Below are positions 1 to 11,480 of a stretch of DNA of 64,000 nucleotides, one piece after another. Position 1 is the first letter of the stretch. Each line of letters begins with the position of its first letter. The translations under genes and the position numbers were made by a program. A model generated the notes under the pieces. The model was not told the DNA's origin and made no database searches. It saw nothing but the letters and a program-made list of their open reading frames with translations. Source of the stretch: the human T2T-CHM13v2.0 reference genome, Homo sapiens; the NCBI RefSeq assembly GCF_009914755.1, contig NC_060938.1, one strand, 5' to 3'.

Positions 1-309
1 AACTAAATAATACAACTTTCTGTTATGTTATTATATTAAGCCTTTAGGAATTTAGGGATGCCTGGCTCTTACTCACTCTAAATGAGTAGCAGCAGGTGAT
101 ATTAGAAAGAAAGGGAGAATAAAAGAGCCAGAAGATGTAATTTAAAATGAGCCTGAAGGTAGAATTAGGGAGAGGAATGAAAACATTAATTGGAGGGACA
201 GAGAGGGTTGAAGGAAGTAATCTTCTCTTTCTTAAGGAGCAATATTTTAATCTCTAACTTCAGCAATATTAACACTAAAACTACTAGGCTCATACAATAT
301 ATACATTTG

Positions 310-740
310 AAAATTATAAAGCACATGGCTTATATTGGATAAAAGAATAGAAACAACCTAGATATGCACCATTAGAAAATTGATTAAATAAATTGTTGAA
401 TAACCATACAATGGAATATAATACCAATGATAAAAAGAGTATTGGCATGGAAAAACTCTTAATATTTGTTATTTACTGAAAAAAGCAAAACTACCCAAAA
501 AGTATAAAATGTATAACTCCATTTACGGAAATAAATAGGACTACATGTTATATGTTGTGTATATGCAATATATTGCTAGATAAATGATATAAAATTACCC
601 AATATTGTTATTTTATGTTCATTTCTAGAAGGTATAACAATAGGATGGGATGAGGACGTGAAGAAAGAAGTGGAGAACTTCATTTTCTGCATTTAAAAAT
701 TTGTATTTAAGTTTTTTACAATAAGTATATATTACCTTGA
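310..740 (+). mobile_element. Old L1M (L1ME-like) 3' fragment
   Basis: Degenerate L1 3' motifs 'gaaacaacctagatatgcaccattagaaaattgattaaataaattg...ccatacaatggaatat'; boundaries approximate. Confidence 0.6.
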
Positions 741-869
741 TGTGTGTGAATTTATTCAGATTTACTTTAAAATATAGTAATCATGGAATAAAGACAATTT
801 TAAATTAGTGATACAATTTTTAGAACTTATCTTTGTTCTGAGGAGTTATAATTAACAAGGTAACCATCA

Positions 870-990
870 AATGATAGAATGTAAAGTTGAAAGAATTTTA
901 TCTAATCTCCCTTTTTAGAAAAGAAAATAACACTAACAGGGTAAACTGATTTACCCAAGGTCTCATAGACATTTAGCATCAGAGTTGGAA
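870..990 (-). mobile_element. MIR fragment
   Basis: Reverse MIR core 'gggtaaactgatttacccaaggtctcatag'. Confidence 0.55.
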
Positions 991-1849
991 GGAATTAATG
1001 AATCAGTGAAAAACCAAAAGGAGGCCTTTCAGCTAAGTTAACAAGTGAACAGCAAAAAAAAAAAAAAAAAAAAATTGTAATAATAAGTTGTTTGTATGCA
1101 CAAGAATTAAGAAGAGATTTGTTGTCTTTTATTCGTTCTCCTAAAGGAGTCACTTCTGTGTCTCAGCCCTGCAGTACTTGAAGGTGGGAGCAAGAAAAAC
1201 TTTAACAGCTGCTGCTAACTTAGGGGAAAAAAAAGGAAAATCAGGCATGTGGTGCCAAGAGAGAAGACGAAAGAATGATTCACTCTCCAACAATATTTAT
1301 GGCTCTCCTACTGTGTGCCAGGCTGAACACACTTGATGATGTTAATAGGAATGGAGAGAACAAACACAGCATGTGCAAGGTCACCTGAAGCCTCCAGTCA
1401 GAACACAAACAGCCAACCAAATTATAAGCAAATAAAAATAGATAACATCATACCATTCAGCAAAATAACTTGAGCACATTTTTAAAAATGAAAACCAAAA
1501 TAGTTTCACTGGGTGACAAATGCTATCCTATGTAAACCTTTCCATGGAAGCTATCAAAGACCGCTTGTCCTTTTTCCTTCTTAATTGATATAAACTTAGT
1601 CTAATGAACAAAAGGATACAATTTTGGCTGCCACTCTGTGTCAAACCAGGAAAGCCTTACTGGCAGTCCATTCTGAGTAATGATTTGGCAGGAGTTAGAC
1701 CACTTGAAGTGATGACATCACTACATGTACCCTTTCTTTCAGGACAACAAATATCAAATTATGCTTTTTACCATTTTAGGTAATTTGATTTTGAGGCTTC
1801 AAAGTTCTAGATCCAGGCCATCTAAAGAATTATAATAATTTTCGTAAGT

Positions 1850-2055
1850 GTGAAGGCCTCCATGAATACACAACTGAAGAAATCTGAAAAAGCTCCACAG
1901 ATTGTACCAATGTGAGTTTCTTGATTTTGTTATTGGGCTACAATTATGCAAGATGTTAACATTTGTGGAAGCTTGGAAAGGACGCATGGGTCTTCCCTAT
2001 ATATTTATTTGCAACCTCCTGTGAATCTATAACGATTTACCAGTTAAAAGTTAGA
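1850..2055 (+). mobile_element. L1MC/L1ME-type 3' end fragment
   Basis: 'gattgtaccaatgtgagtttcttgattttg...tatgcaagatgttaacattt...tttgcaacctcctgtgaatctata' typical of old L1M 3' UTRs. Confidence 0.65.
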
Positions 2056-2070
2056 AAAACAAAACAATCT

Positions 2071-2386
2071 TTTTGTTTTATTATACTTTAAGTTTTAGGA
2101 TACATGTGCACAACGTGCAGGTGTGTTACATGTGTATACATGTGCCATGTTGGTGTGCTGCACCCATTAACTCATCATTTAACATTAGGCATATCTCCTG
2201 ATGCTATCCCTCCCCCCTCCCCCCTCCCCACAACAGGGCCCGGAGTGTGATGTTCCCCTTCCTGTGTCCATGTGTTCTCATTGTTCAATTCCCACCTATG
2301 AGTGAGAACATGCAGTGTTTGGTTTTTTGTCCTTGCGATAGTTTACTGAGAATGATGGTTTCCAGCTTCATTCATGTCCCTACAAA
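2071..2386 (-). mobile_element. 5'-truncated primate L1PA (about PA3-PA5) 3' UTR, ~310 bp, with TSD
   Basis: Near-consensus reverse L1PA 3' UTR ('ttattatactttaagttttagg...catgtgccatgttggtgtgctgcaccc'); direct repeat ACAAAACAATCT at 2059-2070 and 2382-2393. Confidence 0.93.
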
Positions 2387-4121
2387 ACAATCTAACTTTT
2401 TATTTAGAAATAAAAGTTGGAAAAACAATATCTAAAGTACATTTATTCTAAGTGCAATGAAAAGTGGGGGTTAAGTTATAAATCAAGCGGCCAATGTCTT
2501 CGATTAAGGGCTATGAATTGTATCACCTCAAGGGGTTATTTTCCATTCACTGTCAGTCCCACTAACTTTCATTTAGAGGTTGTTCGGTTTAACAAGCATT
2601 CAAGCAGCATTCTGAGAGCTAAGAAAAATTGCACTGTTGGCAGCTATATGACACCCAGACCACACTTCATCTTATTAATAGAGTTTCAATGCAGATTTGT
2701 CTATGTTCTTACTTTACTGCAGGGCTCATTTTCTTCCATTTGTTCTTCATAAATTGTTTTCATCATCAGAAAAGTGATTTTATAACAGGTACTAAATATT
2801 TCCTCAAGTTATATTTTCTTTATCACATTTCCTTTTGTTTCTGGTAAAATATTAATTTTCTTTCATATCTCAACAGCCAATCTAATACGCTCTGACACTG
2901 GAATGAAAAATTGTAATCTCTTTTTCTTTATGTGGTGTCTTCAAATTTCCAGGTAGTTTTTCTCATAAAATCATTATTTACTCTTCTTATTGGATAGGGA
3001 CATTTTAGAGTGGCTATGCTCAAGGATGATATACTAACCTAAATCATTCAAACCTTCTCTGAACTTACTATCTACCACCCTGCAGATAGTGGAAGTTTAA
3101 TAACACTCATATCTTTAGTTTGCCAACCAACATGGAAAAGATGATAACAGCCAGATGGCATGGGAAGTAGAAGGAAAATTTATGGAAGCAATAAGATCTT
3201 TGTGACTCAGGCAAGAATGACAAAGCTTTCGATGTGGGAGGGCTAGTCCCAATTAAAGATATACTTTCTAAAAGAGTGTCAAGAGATATTTGACCATTTT
3301 TTTCAGCAGCCAATTAAAACAAAAAGTGTAGTCCCTGATCTTGATTTACATTTGACCCTGACAATGGCATTGCTTTAGCCAGGACATCCAAGCCTAAACC
3401 AATCCCTCTTACTCATGCTTGGGTATGACCTGCTTATATAGACAGCTTGCTGTATGCTTGTCATACAACAGGATGGGAAACCAAGATGTTGGACCTGCTT
3501 TGATCATGGGAAACAATAATTAGAGGGTTCTGTCTTATCTTCAGAACTTTTAATTATTCTTATTGGTAAACAGTGACTGAGAGGAGACAGTAGTCCTTGC
3601 TATTCATATCAATCGAGTTGTGAATGGAAGGGGTGCTGTTGTAAACAGAAGTGATACGGGGGAGCCAGAGGTGTTGCCGTGTGTGCTTCTTTCCTTGAGG
3701 CAAACAGCAGCACCAGCTATAGCTCCCTCTCTTCTGAGATTAGAGGGAAAATGGATGGCTGTTTTTGTAATTGCAAAGCATTTAAATCTGTTTTTAAGGG
3801 ATTTATTTATATCCTACAGTCAATACATTTAGTAAACTGAGCAAAACCCTGCCTGCAATGACAACTTCTTAAACTGCATTAAGCAGCTTTGTTTCCAGCT
3901 CCAGTCAATAGAGGGACAACAGGCAACTCCTCTGTGGTTTCTGGACAATTTGTCTTTCCCCATTAATTGACTTTGGAAATGGTTCCTCCCCTGATTGAAT
4001 TTTGCTGCTGTATATAGAAAGTAACAAAATGTGTTATAGTTGAAAGAAAGAGTACTTACAATCTTCTGACCCAATCCTTATCTGACAATCATACCCTCAG
4101 CAGAAATATGTCTCATCTTTA

Positions 4122-4282
4122 TTTTTTTTTTCTAGACAGAGTTTTTTGCTCAGTCACCTAGGCTGGACTGCAGTGGCATGATCATGGCTCACTGCAGTCT
4201 TGAACTCTGGGGCTCAAGCGATTCTCCTGCCTCAGCATCCTGAGTAGCTGGGACTACAGGCACCTGCCATCACAGCCAGCTA
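4122..4282 (-). mobile_element. Old Alu monomer (AluJ right arm/FRAM-like)
   Basis: T-tail followed by 'ggctggactgcagtggcatgatcatggctcactgcag...gtagctgggactacagg'; single arm only. Confidence 0.88.
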
Positions 4283-4514
4283 TCCCATCTTGACAAATAA
4301 GCAGAAGAAAAACCTACTAAGTATCTTAAAGAAGAATTTACTCCTGATAAACTAACTCTTATAAAGGAAAATTAACTATATAATGCCAAAATTTTGAGAT
4401 AATAACAGGATTATGGACCTAGGAAGTTTAACATCAGTAACATGTCTTTCTTGGTCAATGTTCAAATATCATCTTAGAGTCAGAAATATCACTGTCCCAT
4501 CTTATAAGAAGGAA

Positions 4515-5510
4515 GAAAGCAATAGGCAACAAAAGAATAGCCAAATGGGGTTACATCAAATGTAAATACTTCGGCTCAGCTAAGGTAATGATTAATAGAG
4601 TGTAAAGGCAAACTGTGGACTAGAAGAACACATTTGTAAATAATATATCTGATAAGGAGTTACTATCCAGAATATATGCAAAACTCCTGTAACTCAAGAA
4701 CAAAACAAATAACCCAATTTTAAAATAGACCAAAAAAACTTAACAGATATTTCCCCAAAAAAGCTATACAAATGACCAACATGCAAATGAAAAAAAAAGA
4801 CGTTCCACATTACTAATCACCAGGACAATGCAAATCCAAACCACAGTAAAAAATGCTGCCACATCAATTAGGATGGCCACAATAAAATCGTTATAAAAAC
4901 ACAATAGAAAATAACAAGTATTGATGAAGATAAAGATAAGTTTTTCATAGCAGCCATACCAGTTTGCATTTCCACGTTGGAACATATGGTTTAAAGGTTT
5001 CTTGAAAAACTAAGAATAGAATTATCATATAATCAATTCTGCAATCCTACTTCTGGGTATATATTCAAAAGAATTGAAAACAGGATCTCAAAGATATATT
5101 TTTACATCCATGTACAGATTTGTAGCATTATTCACAATAGCCATGAAGAAGATGAATAAATGGATAGAGTAAATATAATATATCCATACAATGAAATATT
5201 ATTCAGCCCTAAAAAAGGAAATCATAAGCCATAATATGAGTAAACCTGACGACATTATGCTAAGTGAAGTAAGCCAGTCATAAAAAGACAAATACTGTAT
5301 AATTGCACTTACATGAGGTATCTAAAATAGTCAAATTTTTAGAAACACAAAGTAGAATGCTGGTTCCCAGGGGCTTGGAGGAGGGAGAAAGAGGACTTTT
5401 TCAATGGGTATAGAGTATCAGTTATGCAAGATGATCTAGAGATTTTTGTACATTACTGTGCATATAGTTAAAACTACTGTACTGTGCACTTATACATGAT
5501 TAAGATGGGA
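4515..5510 (+). mobile_element. L1MA-type element (end of ORF2 plus 3' UTR), degraded
   Basis: 'aatcctacttctgggtatatattcaaaagaattgaaaacaggatctcaaag', 'gacattatgctaagtgaagtaagccagtcataaaaagacaaatactgta'. Confidence 0.88.
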
Positions 5511-5511
5511 A

Positions 5512-6948
5512 TACTGCACCATATTCAAAGCAGGAAAGTCTCTTATGGGCAGCAGCAGGGCCTAAAGAATACTTGGATTATCACTGTTGTGTGTGGAAGT
5601 GGGAAAAGGAGTGAGAGGCAGACCACATCCACTACCTGGGTGCTTTGTGGAAGGCAGAACTTATGAAAGATTGGTGAAAAAAAAAAAAGTCTAAGCAAAG
5701 TGTTGAGGGTGTGGCATGGCTTCTCCTGACTGCTTAATAGCAAAATGTGAGAAGAGAGAAACAAAATAAATATGGAATTTATAATCAAAAGGAAAGCACC
5801 TATCACTTCTAGAGTTAGAGGCTTCAAACTCCAGTATTAGAGATTGAAGCCCAGAAAGGCAAAAAAAGAAGCAGGCTATGCTGTAAAGAATGAAAAGTCA
5901 TATTCAGGAGAGAACACCAAATATATGGCCAAGCAAAAGTCTGATAATATGGCTAAAGGGAAGCCAAATGCTATTCATCAAGACAACAGAAGAATGATCC
6001 CAAAGGCATTTCAGAGATTATTGGTGCCTGTCCCTTTCATCAGAGGCTCAGAGTATCAAGGCCTGGGAGACAGAACTATGTCAAAAGAGGGGCCTTAGGC
6101 CCCTGTGTGACCTTAGCACTTACTGCCCTATGCCATCTCAAGTGCCTGTTCTCTGTATTCTAGCAGAGCACTCCAATGCTTCTCCAGGTGTGGACCAAGT
6201 GGGCCCAAATGTAACTCAGGCCGCCCCTCCAGAGGGCACAAGCAGTAAACCATGGCAGCGTCCACATGGTGCTATCTCTGCAGGCACACAGGGTGAAAGA
6301 GCATGGGGGCATGGCGACATCCGCCTTGATTTCAAAGGATGCCCAAGAGTGTCTCAAGGTCCAGGAGAGAATTGCCACAGGGACAGGGCTACAGCGAAAA
6401 GTCTCCACCAGGGCAATGCCTAGCAACGCTGTGGGGTCAGGACCACCACAGAGAGCCCCTACTAGAGCAATGCCTAGTGGAGCAACAGGGGCAGGGTAGC
6501 CCCCAAGACTTCAGCCTAGAAGAGCTGCAGGCATGCAACTCCAGTGCATAAGAACTGCTATATGGACTACACCCAGCAAAGCCATGGGGGCAGCTTCCCC
6601 TGGGGCTTTGAAGGCTCAATCCTCATCCCAATGTGTTTTGAAGTTGGGTCATAGAGTCAAAAATTATTCTCAAGGCTCAATATTTAATGTTGCTTACCTT
6701 GTCAGATTTTGGACTTAAGTGGGACGTATTACCCCTTTATTCTTGTTTATTCTTTCTTTTGTAATGGAATGCCTACCTATGCCTGTCCCACCATTGGATT
6801 TTGGATTTAGATAATACTTAGATAAGATTTCAGACTTAGATCTTAAAGTTGATGCTGGAACAAGTTAGGGCTCTTGGGGCTATTGAGATGGAATGAATGC
6901 ATTCTGTATATGAGAAAAACATGCATTTTGGGGGAGCCAGAAGTGGAT
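5512..6948 (+). mobile_element. MaLR (MST-type) internal sequence
   Basis: MaLR-int motifs 'caaagccatgggggcag', 'gcctgtcccaccattggattttgga', 'gttgatgctggaacaagtta'; G-rich polypurine-like tract just before the LTR. Confidence 0.85.
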
Positions 6949-7284
6949 TGTTATGGTTTGAATGTTTGTATCCCTCCAAAATTCATGTTGAAACTTGATC
7001 CCCGTTGGGTTGGTACCAAAAGGTGGGGTCTTTTGGGAAGTGATTAATTCCCTTATGAAACAGGCTTCAGGGAGCTGCCTTTCTCTTCGGTCTCTTCTGC
7101 CATGTGAGGGCACAGCCACAGGAACCATATAGGAAGCAGAGAGTGAGCTCTCACCAGATGCCGAATCAGCCAGCACCTTGATCTTGGACTTCCCAGCCTC
7201 TACAACTATGAGAAATAAACTTCTATTATTTATAGGTTACCCAGTCTATGATACTTTTTATAGCAGCAGGAAAAGCCTGAGACA
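6949..7284 (+). mobile_element. MaLR LTR (MSTC/MSTD-like)
   Basis: TG...CA termini; 'tgttatggtttgaatgtttgtatccctccaaaattcatgttgaa', 'accttgatcttggacttcccagcctc', internal aataaa. Confidence 0.9.
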
Positions 7285-7479
7285 ACTCCAATGATACTAT
7301 CAGCATACTAAGCAAAATGTATTCATATCCTGAAATTTGACACTTCCTATCCCTTTCTTCTTGAAAATAATTTTTATCTTCTGAAAAAAAATTCCTCTCC
7401 TTTAATAGCTTGCCTGTAAGTATTTGCTCAGAATTATCTTGTACTTTCCCATAAGGATTTCACACACTACAACAGCTTC

Positions 7480-8130
7480 AACTCTACCTGAAATTCAGAC
7501 ACCCAAATCTACATTTGTGGCACTGGAGGTACTGCCCTCAAGAACTGTAAAGTCTACCTGCTTGACACCTGCTACGTTCTACTCTTCTCTGCCCAATCCC
7601 CCAAAAAACTTAAATTCTACCTTAAATTATCTTTCTACACTCTTCAATTAACTGGTTTTTCCTCTTGATTTTTTTTTTATTCTGTAATTGTAGCAACATC
7701 CATCCAAGCATTCTTACATGAAATCTTGGAATCATATCTTCTCCCTGCTTACATTCAATAAATTCCTAAGACTTGTAGATTCTTACTCAGGAATTTGTTT
7801 CACTTTTCTTACCTCTATTTTCTCTCTCACCAACCTGATTCAAGACCTCATCATTTCCTATCTTTCTTTACCTAAACTTCCCATTAGAATTCTATGCAAT
7901 TTACCAGATCAACCATTCCAATCCCAGTTCTGGCTATATCCTATCCATCTCTGTGGAATCCCATAACATATTGTTAAATCCTCTTCTTTACTCCATTTTG
8001 CCTTAAAGTAATTTTATCACTGAATTTTGCACTTTTGGAGCAGAGAACCTGTGTTTTCTCCTCTATAAAGAAGCATCTAGCAGAGATTTGCCTATGGAAG
8101 TAATTAAGAACATTCTACTGAAACTGAATT
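7480..8130 (+). mobile_element. L2 fragments
   Basis: Pyrimidine-rich L2-like text 'ttcaagacctcatcatttcct', ending in a degenerate L2 tail; highly diverged. Confidence 0.5.
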
Positions 8131-9271
8131 CAATTTAGAAAGGCTTCTTTGAAAAGAACACATCAGTTATACCAATTTCAGTTTTTCTTCAAAGCAGCTG
8201 TCAACACTGTAGATATTATTAGAAAATATTGGTAAGTTTACCAAATATATCATGAAGGACTAATCTGTAGAAAACAAGTGAGTTAATTTCAAACTTTGTA
8301 CAACTTTTTCTCTCCCTCATTTTCTTAATTTTTGGGTTTATTTGACTCCATGTATGCCGTGGTGTTATGGTATTCCCCAAATGTGCATATTGAACTATAC
8401 ATAAACACATGTACACACACTAGATAATTGTCAATAAATTTAAACCTAGTTTTAGAGAAAGGGAACAGGTTCACTTTACCTGAAGAGGAAAAAATCTGGG
8501 TTAACTCATGTACTGAGTTAAATTATTGAACCTGAAATTCAGTGGTCCATGAGTGATTAATAGAGGAAACACACTTAATGAGGCTGAGGACTAATATTTG
8601 TTTTTAGGGATGTTACTCCTACAGTTGTTGTTCTATAGAATATCACATAAAAATTATTGCCAGATGTAACTTTAATTAAGAGTTGGGTAAATACATGCGT
8701 CATTTATCAATATAAACAATATGAATTTGAAGGGTTATATAAATATGGTCATATCTCTTATATTTCATTTATCTTTTCAGCCCTGGTACTTATGGAGTTT
8801 GGTATAAAGACGGTAGTCAACAAGTCCTTGATGAACTGAATGTGCTCATTCTTTTATCTCCTATGCTCTTGAGGAGTTGAAACTCTTACTTACAATTGTT
8901 TGTTAAGCTAGGCAAAGACCTTAGGAGCCTTATTGTCAATGGGCAGATCAGTTGAAGAAAAGAATTAGAGCAAAAATATCCCAAGGCAGGCCAACTTTGC
9001 CTAGGCAAAGATTTGTATACAGATCTAACGAGTTTATGTGGACCCTATTACCTTACTACAGCATTAATGAGGGCTGAAATTGGAGCTATTCCTATTACAT
9101 ACTGTAGTATGCAATAAAGTACCATGCAATAAAGATAATAGCAACTTTATAGGAAGAGGTTGAGAGGAATAAAGACTAAACCCCTACTACAGATAAGGCA
9201 AGAATACTGCATGTAAACAGATGGAACATTTACGGTTTCCTCAATCCTTCTCTTACAACAATGCCTGCTTT

Positions 9272-9420
9272 AGCCTTACTACTAAAGTGTGGTCCATGAA
9301 ACATCAGCATCACCTGGGAACTTGCTAGAAATGCAGAATCTCAGACTTTCCCCAAGACCTAAAGTATCAGTCTATATTTTCACAAGAATCCAATGTGATT
9401 CATAAATTTAAGTGCTCATG
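9272..9420. mobile_element. MER5A (hAT-Charlie) DNA transposon
   Basis: 'aaagtgtggtcc...catcagcatcacctgggaacttgctagaaatgcagaatctcag'. Confidence 0.85.
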
Positions 9421-11340
9421 AGAAACAGTTTACTTGACATTGTATAAAGTAACACAAGGTACTAGTAGTGAATCGTGGATTAGAACTAGCACTGGACCAT
9501 TCTTGAAATATTGAAATGAGACAATGCTACATAAACATATTAATACTAATAACATAACAGCATACTTGATTCCTGCTCTGATTTATATTTGAATCCATTA
9601 TGGACATAGCAAAGAACTGGGAAACTCAGGGATATATTAGACATTTGTCATCCACAAAACACCTTCCTCAGGGAAGACTTCAACTCTCAATAGACAGTAA
9701 TGCATGAAGGTCTCCATATAAGTATGCAAAACGCATGAAAGCACACACATGGCAGCAAAGGCAATACTATCACTTACTCTTAAGCCTTAAAACCTACTAC
9801 AGGAAAATATCATTGGCAATATTTAGTAAAAGTACAAGCACATTCAACTGCCCATGAGGCATTATACATTGAGGCATGGATAGAGGAAAAGTCACATCAG
9901 TCCAAGAAATTAATTGTAGTCCTATTTGCACCTGTTTTAGGAAAATAAAAATAAATGTGTGTCCATTCAGGATTAGCTTTTCAAAGCTAGTCTTCCAACC
10001 CCGGGAGACACCAGAAGTAATGCAAGCCTCTATAACACATCCATTTGAAACCCCCACAGATTTTGCTATAGAACCTTGGTTCCAAACCTTCCTGCCTCCA
10101 GGGTTCTGTTGGAACATGTAGAATATAAAAGGTCACAAAGATACCTGAGCAGGATCCATATCCCGCAACAGAGAACAACTGGAAAAGGGAATTCTCTGAA
10201 GACAGCCTTCAGTGTAACCTAAGTCAATGCCCCAGGGGAAAGGGATATTAAGGACAGCTATAGCTGAGTCTCCTTAGGGAGAAAATCAGAATGGGTACAG
10301 CAATCAGAGGCCTGTGCTGGGCCACACAGGGAAGATCTTTGCCGGTGTTTTAAATTGCATGCTTAGCCAAATCGTGAAATACTGCTCTTTAGGACTCAGC
10401 GCCTTTCTCAACTTGGACCTCGCTTTGCTTGTGATGGCCCGTCATGGTCACCAAGGAGCTGCAGTTATTCATTATGGATTATGTGTACACATTTCAGCAA
10501 GGCAGTATCCATCTCTGTCCTCCCTATCAGACATCACAAGGTTAATGTGGAAAATGCTATCTGAGTGTTAATCATGTATGAAAATGGCTGCTGAGCGGAA
10601 GAGGGTTGGGAGGACTATGAGGAACCAAGAAAATGCATTCCCTTTCTAGAATATGCATGCGTTGGGAATCGATAAACTGAGATGCATATCCTTGCAACTT
10701 CAGGGGAAAAATGGATGACAACTTGCCTCCTTTCTAGGACACAATCAGTATTCTCACTAATCGCGTCACATACAGCATCGTGCTTCAGGCTTCTGTCATC
10801 TGGAAGCCTTTCTGTTCTCTTAAAAGTCTTTAAGGGCAATGTATTTGGGGCTTTGCCACAAAAAAAGGAGGAGTGGGATGCTATAAAAAGGCAAATGCTG
10901 TTATATATCATACACGGAGGATTTGTTTTCCTTTTTGCTGTTAGTGGCATTGTGAGATGAGATGTTCTACAAAAGTGAACCCTTGTAACTGAAGTCTTTT
11001 CGTTTACATGCCCAAACTTTCCATTTTCATTTTAACCATTTTAAATGAGATGCTTTTTACATTTTTAGACTACATACTTGGATGTGCAAAAATTACAACG
11101 CTCTTTATTTCTTTATAATTAAATTTACATTAGCACATGAGCCATTGTTCTCCACCTTTGCCAATTAAAGGCAACCTAGTCTCTCCAGTCAAAGTTCCAT
11201 CTCTTCTGAGTAACTGCTCAGTCCATTCAGAACTCTCTCTCTTCACATTCTTCCTTTCCTTCTCACCAAATATCTGATGGGTTCCGGAGAAAGATGAGCA
11301 TGCAGGGGAGAGGCGTGTATCACCACTTGTACTTAACGCC

Positions 11341-11480
11341 TTTTCTTTTTTAAATTTTTATTTTTAACTGACAAATAATAATGGCATATAGTTATAGGGC
11401 ACAATGTGATGTTTTCATACATGTGCATGTTGCAGAAAGATTCTACCAAGCTAATTAACATGTGCAGCACCTCACTTATC
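11341..11480 (-). mobile_element. L1MA 3' terminal fragment
   Basis: T-rich tail then 'gggcacaatgtgatgttttcatacatgtg...aagctaattaacat...cacctcac'. Confidence 0.8.

Noticed and set aside
5844-6718. Dense cluster of overlapping ORFs in GC-richer DNA
   Set aside because: Lies in MaLR internal sequence; the higher GC explains stop-codon scarcity.
9797-10950. ORFs of 81-111 aa on both strands
   Set aside because: No recognisable domain, overlapping antisense frames, and no consistent splice structure.
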